Part shown: piece by piece, positions 57,632 through 64,000 of the stretch
Layout of the letters: the number at the start of each line of letters is the position of its first letter
Numbering within the stretch: position 1 is the stretch's first letter
Assembly: GCA_964621195.1 (NCBI GenBank)
Contig: CAZULJ010000004.1
Coordinates: 16,620-80,619, forward strand
Source: an uncultured Candidatus Saccharibacteria bacterium
GTDB taxonomy: Bacteria > Patescibacteriota > Dojkabacteria > SC72
Length of the DNA stretch: 64,000 bases
Direction: 5' to 3'
Made by a program: the position numbers and the translations under genes
Notes under the pieces: model-generated
What the model was told of the DNA's origin: nothing
Database searches by the model: none
The model's input: the letters and a program-made list of their open reading frames with translations, nothing else

Positions 57632-58036
57632 ATGTCAGACGAAGCAAAAACTCTTCCAACATTAACAGAGAATGCACAGAAAGTAATCGAAATGGTTGAG
57701 AAAATGACCGTTTTAGAACTTGCAGACCTTGTTAAGGTTATGGAAGACAAATTCGGAGTAAGTGCTGCAGCTCCAGTAGCAGTAGCAGCAGCTCCAGCAG
57801 AGGCTGCACCTGCAGAAGAAGAGAAATCTTCATTCAATATTGTTCTTAAAGAAGCAGGAGCAAACAAGATCGGAGTAATCAAAGTAGTAAGAGAGATTAC
57901 AGAGCTTGGATTAAAAGAAGCAAAGGATCTTGTAGAGGCTGCACCACAGACAGTAAAAGAGTCTGTAAAGAAAGAGGATGCAGAAGCTATCAAAGCAAAG
58001 TTCGAAGAGGCTGGTGCAACTGTAGAGTTAGCATAA
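57632..58036 (+). CDS. rplL: 50S ribosomal protein L7/L12
   Basis: Ala/Glu-rich hinge. C-terminal domain [24 protein letters not shown]...[14 protein letters not shown]. Confidence 0.9.
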   Translation: MSDEAKTLPTLTENAQKVIEMVEKMTVLELADLVKVMEDKFGVSAAAPVAVAAAPAEAAPAEEEKSSFNIVLKEAGANKIGVIKVVREITELGLKEAKDLVEAAPQTVKESVKKEDAEAIKAKFEEAGATVELA

Positions 58037-58058
58037 TAGCTTACCTAGATATAGAATT

Positions 58059-58088
58059 AAGAGGTCTTGAAAAAGACCTCTTTTTTTT
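58059..58088 (+). terminator. Strong rho-independent terminator after rplL
   Basis: AAGAGGTCTT-GAAA-AAGACCTCTT followed by TTTTTTTT. Confidence 0.75.
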
Positions 58089-58167
58089 CCCACGGCTATA
58101 TTCGACAATGAATACCAAGACAAAGTATAATGTGGCGGATATATTCTAATTTTTCAGAATATTAAAA

Positions 58168-58833
58168 ATGTTTGATACAACAAGCTTAACACAGTGGGTT
58201 TTAGATCATGGAGTCCCCCCTACTGCATTAGAGCTACTAATGGCAATTTCTGTATTAGCGACTGTGGTAAGTATCGCAAGATATGTCATAGGTTCAAAAA
58301 CATATGGCATATATGCACCAATACTTCTCGCAATCGCATATTCATATACAGGGTTAAAATACGGACTTTCAGTAACACTACTAGTCATTCTTACCTCTTT
58401 AATCTCCTACAGCATACTTAAAAAGATTAGAATGCACTACTTAACTAGAATCGCTACCAACTACACGATACTCTCAATGTTACTAATCCTCTTCTTTGTA
58501 TTAATAGATCGATTTGGACTAGGATTGGACAATATGCATAATATTCCCCCTCTCGCATTCATATCAATAGCTGCACTCTCTGACTTCTTTATCAAACAGT
58601 ATGTAAAGAAATCACTTGAAGGATCTTTACTCACACTCTTTGGAACAATAACTGTTGCAATAGTTGGTTGGTTTGTAATATCTAGAGAAATAATCTCGGA
58701 ATATTTGATCCTAAATCTATGGATACTACCCGTACTAACAATCGTAAATATCCTACTAGGACAATTTACAGGGTTAAGAATCAGAGACTATTTCAGATTT
58801 AGACTAAGCAACAAAGATGACTCTAGCAATTAA
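58168..58833 (+). CDS. Seven-TM integral membrane protein, first gene of the ATP-grasp operon
   Basis: 221 aa. I count seven hydrophobic helices of about 20 aa each. Cytoplasmic basic tail RIRDYFRFRLSNK. The stop overlaps the next gene. Confidence 0.55.
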   Translation: MFDTTSLTQWVLDHGVPPTALELLMAISVLATVVSIARYVIGSKTYGIYAPILLAIAYSYTGLKYGLSVTLLVILTSLISYSILKKIRMHYLTRIATNYTILSMLLILFFVLIDRFGLGLDNMHNIPPLAFISIAALSDFFIKQYVKKSLEGSLLTLFGTITVAIVGWFVISREIISEYLILNLWILPVLTIVNILLGQFTGLRIRDYFRFRLSNKDDSSN

Positions 58834-60295
58834 CAATAGGTATAGCCAAATATTAGGCTTAAACCGAAGGAATCAAGAGTATGTGAGACCATACAATCCT
58901 CCTTCTGCCAAAGCTATTGCTGACAATAAAATACTAACAAAGAGAGTCCTAAAGAAAGAGTTAATACAAACACCGGAGGTCTACAAACTTGTAAGAACCA
59001 AAAAGCAATTACAATTTTTAGATTGGGATAGCTTACCAAAAAGCTTTGTTATAAAGCCCAACAAAGGAACAGGTGGAAATGGAATAATCGTATTCTACGG
59101 AAAGAAAAAAGGACAAGATGCATGGATAAGACCAAATGGATCAGTTATGACAAAGAGAGATATAATTCTTCATATAGAAAATATACTAGAGGGTAGATTC
59201 TCGATGGGTTCTCGTAACGACATTGCTATCATAGAGGAAAGAATTAAGACAGATTCCCTACTAAAGCAGTACTCATACAAAGGCGTTCCAGATATTAGAA
59301 TAATCTGCTTCAACGAGGTTCCCGTAATGGCTATGCTAAGATTACCAACTAAAAGATCTAATGGTACTGCAAATCTGCACTCGGGCGCAATATGTACAGG
59401 TATAGACTTAGAATCAGGTATTACGACCTACTCTATGCATATGAAGGCCTCTGCCTTTAGAACAGATTCCTACAAGCTTGTAGACTCAACCTTAGATCTT
59501 CAAGAGAATAAACCTCTAAGTGGTATTCAAATACCGTACTGGAACGAGATGTTAGAAATCGCACTTAAATGCCAGAAAGCAAGTAAACTCGGATACCTTG
59601 GTGTAGACATCGCAATAGATGCAGAAAAGGGCCCTGTTGTATTTGAAATAAATGCTAGACCAGGCCTCGGAATACAAGTAGCGAACCAAGCTGGTCTTAG
59701 ATGGAGGTTAGAGAAAGTAAAGGACCTGAATATAAAGAGTATAAAACATGGGATTAGAGTCGCAAAGAATCTCTTCGGAGGAGAAATTGAGGAAAATATT
59801 GAAGCTATCAGTGGTAGAAAGGTACTCAACATAGTTGAAAAAGTTACCCTCTTTAACAAAGGGACCGAGATAAGCAAGATTAAGAAGGCAAAGAAAATGC
59901 AAAAGGAAATAGTAAAGGCCTTCATGGACACCGGGATACTGACATCCAGAATCTCTTCCATACTTGCAAACAGGATAGGTTTTCTAAAAGCTGGGAAAGA
60001 TTTTGAGTCTTTAGATGTACCAAAAAGATTTGGAAGTTTCAAAGAAGCACAGGACTACATGGATAAGTATGAAAAGGATATCTGTACACGATACCCTGAT
60101 ATAAAAAGACTTGCTAAGATCTTAGAAGATGGAGAAATAAAAATAAGACCAGTATTTGAGATACCCATTAAAATATCTGACTCTATAAAAATAACAGAGT
60201 TTGTATCTACAGATTCCAAAGAAAATCTCTACCCAGTTGTCATAGGTAGGGCTGAACTATCCGGTTTCCTTATCGATACAAGTAATACATTCTAA
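58817..60295 (+). CDS. ATP-grasp amidoligase, RimK-related / sugar-transfer-associated ATP-grasp-like, with about 170-aa C-terminal extension
   Basis: FVIKPNKGTGGNGIIVF (ATP-grasp B-loop region)...LGYLGVDIAIDAEKGPVVFEINARPGL (C-terminal Mg/ATP motif). 492 aa. Confidence 0.6.
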   Translation: MTLAINNRYSQILGLNRRNQEYVRPYNPPSAKAIADNKILTKRVLKKELIQTPEVYKLVRTKKQLQFLDWDSLPKSFVIKPNKGTGGNGIIVFYGKKKGQDAWIRPNGSVMTKRDIILHIENILEGRFSMGSRNDIAIIEERIKTDSLLKQYSYKGVPDIRIICFNEVPVMAMLRLPTKRSNGTANLHSGAICTGIDLESGITTYSMHMKASAFRTDSYKLVDSTLDLQENKPLSGIQIPYWNEMLEIALKCQKASKLGYLGVDIAIDAEKGPVVFEINARPGLGIQVANQAGLRWRLEKVKDLNIKSIKHGIRVAKNLFGGEIEENIEAISGRKVLNIVEKVTLFNKGTEISKIKKAKKMQKEIVKAFMDTGILTSRISSILANRIGFLKAGKDFESLDVPKRFGSFKEAQDYMDKYEKDICTRYPDIKRLAKILEDGEIKIRPVFEIPIKISDSIKITEFVSTDSKENLYPVVIGRAELSGFLIDTSNTF

Positions 60296-60314
60296 AATAT
60301 TTCTCAAAGAAACT

Positions 60315-61292
60315 ATGAAAACATACGAAGAATATTTACAAGAAGCAGGTAATGTACATCTAGCCTACTACGTTGAAGCTGCAGATACGCTGGGCATAAA
60401 GTATGAGATCGTAAAAAGATCCCTTCTAGCAAAATTTTCAAACGATACGAAACATTGGTTCATAATTAATACTGCTACACCTCTTACCAATACAACAAGT
60501 ACTACAATTGCTAAGAGAAAAAACCTAACAAACGAGATCCTGTACAAGGCTGGGATACCAGTACCAAGGCAAGTTGTTTTAAGAAATAAAAATGAAGCTA
60601 TAAAGTTTTTTGAAGAGTACAAAACCATAGTCATCAAACCCTCTCAACAATTGGGAGGGAATGGTGTGACCTTACTACCAAAAGATAAAGGACAGGTAAT
60701 AAAGGCATTTAAAAGTGCAGATAAGTCTTCAAAGGCAAAAGATGAGAACAGAGTAATTGGAGAAGAATTCATAGAAGGAGAAAACTACAGATTCCTAGTA
60801 GTAGGAGATTCTGTTGTAGGCATTGTGAGAAGAAAGGCAGCTTTTGTGGTTGGAGATGGAAATAACAGTATTAAAAAATTAATAGAGGAGAAAAACAGAG
60901 AGAGAAAGAGTAACCTACTTAAGCCAATCCCTATAGATACTGAAGTTAAATTAAGATTAGAGAATCTTAAAATAAATCTCAATACCGTGCCAAGTGAAGG
61001 CGAAGAAGTTATACTTAGATACAACTGTAACCTAAGTACTGGTGGTACAACACAGGAGTGTTCATCCCAAGTACATGAATACTACAAAGAGATTGCCGTC
61101 AGTGCTGTGAAAGCAATTGGAACAGTATTTGGGGGAGTCGATATAATTACTCCAGATATTACACAACCTGCAAAATGCGGAGTAAATGAAATAAACTACA
61201 ATCCAGGTCTAAGACTACACTACAAAGTAGATGAAGGAGAGGCAGTAAAGGTTGCAATACCAATAATGGAATATATATCAAAAAATATTTAA
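60315..61292 (+). CDS. ATP-grasp ligase, cyanophycin-synthetase-like
   Basis: IVIKPSQQLGGNGV...ENYRFLVVGDSVVGIVRRKAAFVVGDGNNSIKKLIEEKN...NLSTGGT...GVDIITPDI...VNEINYNPGL parallels the CphA ATP-grasp domain. Confidence 0.6.
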   Translation: MKTYEEYLQEAGNVHLAYYVEAADTLGIKYEIVKRSLLAKFSNDTKHWFIINTATPLTNTTSTTIAKRKNLTNEILYKAGIPVPRQVVLRNKNEAIKFFEEYKTIVIKPSQQLGGNGVTLLPKDKGQVIKAFKSADKSSKAKDENRVIGEEFIEGENYRFLVVGDSVVGIVRRKAAFVVGDGNNSIKKLIEEKNRERKSNLLKPIPIDTEVKLRLENLKINLNTVPSEGEEVILRYNCNLSTGGTTQECSSQVHEYYKEIAVSAVKAIGTVFGGVDIITPDITQPAKCGVNEINYNPGLRLHYKVDEGEAVKVAIPIMEYISKNI

Positions 61293-61309
61293 TCTTTTTC
61301 TAAAACAAA

Positions 61310-63007
61310 ATGTTTAAAACATTACAAGGTTTAAATCTAGAGTCCCAGTATACAACTGTAAAAATATCATTAGAAGGATCAAATATTGGAGAGATAACAA
61401 AACTTCTTGATCAAATAAGTTCCTTCCACCCTATCTTTCTCTATGAATATATCCTCTCTCCGAAGGAACTTTCAATACGTTCAAAATTACCTGAAATATG
61501 GAGAGAAGCTGCTAATACACTCAACCAACTCTCAAAAGAGGAAATAAAATATGAAGATGCTCATGATATTCTGGTCAATACAATCATCTCAAAGAGGGTT
61601 AAATCAATGTCTACCATACCAATACTACACGCTGCTCACCAAAAGAATATCGAAACGAACTTAGCAGTATTGAGCAAATCAATAGTAGATGGATACGATT
61701 TAGGATACAACAGTACATTTAATAGATACTATGTACTTGGGTGTGGTAAGGGTTCCTCAGTTACCGTTTCAGTAGGATCATCAAAAGATTCAACCTACGG
61801 ATTTAAGATCCAAAGAGATAAATGGACAACAAACAGAATAATAGATAGATTGTGTCTGCCACTTCCTAAGTGGGAAGTAATAAATTCAGAAGAACATCTA
61901 GAGAAAGTTTGGGATAACTATGCAAAACCTTTAGTAATCAAGCCAACAGGTTTAACAGGAGGAAAAGGAGTAAGTGTAGGAATTAAAACACTTGAAGAAG
62001 CAAAGATGGCATTCAAAAGGGCAAAGAAAGATACAGATAGTAAGATAAGATCTCCCTGGCAAACAAAGATAATGATCCAAGAGCAAGTAAAAGGAGAAGA
62101 CTATCGACTACTCGTTGTAAATGGAAAGCTTGAGATTGCCACTAAAAGAATCCCTGCGTTTGTTGAAGGTGATGGAAAAAAGACTATCGAAAAATTAATA
62201 GAGGAAACAAACAAAGATCCAAGAAGGGATATAAAAAATCCGACCCATATACTAAAGCCAATAATCATAGATGAGCCACTTCTCGAACTACTAGAAAAGA
62301 ATGGCTTAACTCTTAAATCTATTCCAGAAAAAGGTTCAAGAGTATATGTAAGAAACATTGCAAGCATGAGCCAAGGAGGTATAACAGAGGACTTTACTGA
62401 TGAGGTAAGTAAAGAAATTAAACTTCTAGTTGAAAGTATTGCACAATCAATACATGCATTCACACTAGGTGTTGATGTGATTTGCCAAGATATTACTAAA
62501 CCATTAACCAAGGAGAATGGTGCTATCTTAGAAATTAACACAATGCCCGAAGCATACCTGAATTTCTTTCCAGTAATTGGTAAACAAAGAGGATACGTTG
62601 CAGATACTTTTGTAGAGGGCTTACTCTCTGAGAATAAGTGTAAAAAGATAGTTGTTGTAGGACAAAGCATTAGCGATATCCCTACGAACTTAAGAAGATG
62701 GTGGAAGATTAAGAACGAAGATACTGTAGGAGAAATTGTAGAAGATCGTTACTACATAAACGGTATGCAAATAAATGAAGATCTAGAAAGAATACAGGCA
62801 TTTGAAGCTATAAAATGTAATGCTTCACTAGATGTAATAATTCTCCATCATAGAGACTGGAATGATGTTGCCGAATTTGGACTAGGATTTGATCATATAG
62901 ATACCCTTCTCATAACCAAAGAAGAGGCAAAGGACAGAGAAAAAGTAAAATTGATGAAGAAGTATAGAGGTATGAAATTAATAAATAAAATAGAGATAAT
63001 CTCCTAA
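61310..63007 (+). CDS. ATP-grasp ligase, cyanophycin-synthetase N-terminal-like. The C-terminal region lacks a Mur-ligase P-loop.
   Basis: LVIKPTGLTGGKGVSVG...EDYRLLVVNGKLEIATKRIPAFVEGDGKKTIEKLIEETNKDPRRD...SMSQGGIT...GVDVICQDI...ILEINTMPEAY. 565 aa. Confidence 0.65.
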   Translation: MFKTLQGLNLESQYTTVKISLEGSNIGEITKLLDQISSFHPIFLYEYILSPKELSIRSKLPEIWREAANTLNQLSKEEIKYEDAHDILVNTIISKRVKSMSTIPILHAAHQKNIETNLAVLSKSIVDGYDLGYNSTFNRYYVLGCGKGSSVTVSVGSSKDSTYGFKIQRDKWTTNRIIDRLCLPLPKWEVINSEEHLEKVWDNYAKPLVIKPTGLTGGKGVSVGIKTLEEAKMAFKRAKKDTDSKIRSPWQTKIMIQEQVKGEDYRLLVVNGKLEIATKRIPAFVEGDGKKTIEKLIEETNKDPRRDIKNPTHILKPIIIDEPLLELLEKNGLTLKSIPEKGSRVYVRNIASMSQGGITEDFTDEVSKEIKLLVESIAQSIHAFTLGVDVICQDITKPLTKENGAILEINTMPEAYLNFFPVIGKQRGYVADTFVEGLLSENKCKKIVVVGQSISDIPTNLRRWWKIKNEDTVGEIVEDRYYINGMQINEDLERIQAFEAIKCNASLDVIILHHRDWNDVAEFGLGFDHIDTLLITKEEAKDREKVKLMKKYRGMKLINKIEIIS

Positions 63008-63008
63008 C

Positions 63009-63962
63009 ATGAAATATTTAATAATTGATAAAAGACAGAGGGTTGAAACCGGGAATGAGGATAAAATTGCAACTGCCAACTTAAGAATAATTGAAGAATT
63101 GGACAAGAAAGATATACCCTACTCTCTTGTATACAATGATGAAATAGAGTTTCAAATAATCGATAGTGAAACATCGATATTTGTAAAAGGCGAAGATATA
63201 CGAGAATATACTCATATACTGTTTAGAGGACATGCTTTACATAACGAAATTGAGTATCAATATAAAAGATATATCATCGATTACATAGATCAATATAACC
63301 TAAAAAATCCAAAAGAAAGGATATTAATACAAAATAGCGAAGCAATAAAAACCCTTCCATATTACAATAAAATAGCACTCGGTTTGTTCTGTTCTCAAAA
63401 TGACATCCCCTACTTCAATACCTATTACAGAACAGACGGCAACTATATTGCACACAGAACGACCCTAGAGACATACCCCGTCATAATGAAAGAGTATTCC
63501 GGGGCAAATAGAGTTGAAATTATTGATGGAAAAGAAAAAATTAAAAAGAATGTATTTAAGATAACTCACGAAGATGATTACAGGCAGGAAGGATTACAAG
63601 GCCAGGACCACTCTAGGTTCTTTATACAGGAGTTCTCGGATAGTGGTATGGATATCAGAATATTCGTAAAATTGGGCAAGGTAATTGCTGGATGGAAGAG
63701 GAAAGCGACCGAAGGTTTCATGACCGTAAAGGACGGAGAATACTCCATGTACAACAACCCAGAGAAGGCCGATAAAGAACTTGCAGAGAATGTTGCACAG
63801 AAACTCAATGCGGATTTTATTGCTGTAGATCTTATGTATCTCAACAACAAACCATTACTACAGGAAGTTAGTTATCATCCAGGATTTAAAGCTTACGAAA
63901 CAAAGATCGAAGGAGAACCAGTAAATATTGCAGAGGCAATTATAACTGCCTTTAAAGGATAG
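63009..63962 (+). CDS. ATP-grasp ligase, RimK/glutathione-synthetase-like
   Basis: FIQEF...GMDIRIFVKLGKVIAGWKRKATEGF...ADFIAVDLMYLNNKPLLQEVSYHPGFKAY parallels RimK (LVQEY...[25 protein letters not shown]...LDVAGVDIL...LVMEVNASPGL). Confidence 0.6.
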   Translation: MKYLIIDKRQRVETGNEDKIATANLRIIEELDKKDIPYSLVYNDEIEFQIIDSETSIFVKGEDIREYTHILFRGHALHNEIEYQYKRYIIDYIDQYNLKNPKERILIQNSEAIKTLPYYNKIALGLFCSQNDIPYFNTYYRTDGNYIAHRTTLETYPVIMKEYSGANRVEIIDGKEKIKKNVFKITHEDDYRQEGLQGQDHSRFFIQEFSDSGMDIRIFVKLGKVIAGWKRKATEGFMTVKDGEYSMYNNPEKADKELAENVAQKLNADFIAVDLMYLNNKPLLQEVSYHPGFKAYETKIEGEPVNIAEAIITAFKG

Positions 63963-64000
63963 CTAAATACCAACCTTCTTAAATACTGACTTCCAAAGTT

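Noticed and set aside
60150-60295. C-terminal FLIDTSNTF of the 492-aa ATP-grasp protein as a retropepsin-like (RimK-associated) aspartyl protease
   Set aside because: The DTS tripeptide lies 5 residues from the stop. There is no room for a protease domain, and the full DTGA context is absent.
1-64000. CRISPR arrays, IS/transposase genes, integrases, prophage genes
   Set aside because: I saw no repeat-spacer periodicity. No ORF has a DDE or tyrosine/serine-recombinase signature. The window looks like core chromosome.

Overview
This is an AT-rich (about 35% GC), gene-dense bacterial chromosomal window. It is mostly housekeeping. I found no IS elements, CRISPR arrays or prophage signatures. My inference is that the organism resembles a Patescibacteria/CPR-type or other reduced Gram-positive-like lineage, based on ribosomal proteins with extensions, an archaeal-type AMP salvage pair, LPXTG-type surface proteins and tight operons.

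Housekeeping content I could support:
- dnaB (792..2108).
- A ribosomal/translation block: rpmE, prfA and prmC.
- Envelope proteases: an HtrA/DegP-type protease, a CtpA/S41 peptidase, RseP, and an M50-family protease.
- The rpsF-ssb-rpsR operon, followed by ychF.
- AMP phosphorylase plus a ribose-1,5-bisphosphate isomerase homolog. RuBisCO is not in the window.
- A beta-CASP RNase, cca, rnhC, cysS, and the dnaX-ybaB-recR operon.
- A short mfd, pth, ybeY, rpsU, frr, tsf, a long rpsB, radC and topA.
- The morphogenetic operon mreB-mreC-mreD-mrdA (PBP2), then rpmB.
- A tRNA-rich segment: tRNA-Thr, tRNA-Tyr, tRNA-Thr, rpmG, tRNA-Trp, then secE-nusG-rplK-rplA-rplJ-rplL.
- tRNA-Leu(CAA) and tRNA-Ser(TGA) elsewhere.

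The main hunt result is at 58168..63962, directly after the rplL terminator. This is where rpoBC sits in most bacteria. Instead there is a tight five-gene operon: a 7-TM membrane protein followed by four ATP-grasp amidoligases. One resembles the sugar-transfer-associated/RimK-related class, two are cyanophycin-synthetase-like, and one is RimK-like. I interpret this as a candidate non-ribosomal peptide/polyamino-acid ligation system, possibly acting at the membrane. I cannot assign it a known pathway.

Secondary findings:
- A GC-rich small ORF in the rplA-rplJ spacer, encoding a Cys-motif protein with a tandem repeat, next to a 12-bp hairpin.
- A roughly 140-nt structured RNA candidate upstream of the tRNA cluster.
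- A cluster of secreted or cell-surface proteins (LamG, signal peptide plus C-terminal anchor) next to an LPKTG-anchored protein.
- A Cys-rich DUF11-like protein with a VPQTG-type C-terminal signal.
- An S2 protein with an HhH C-terminal extension.
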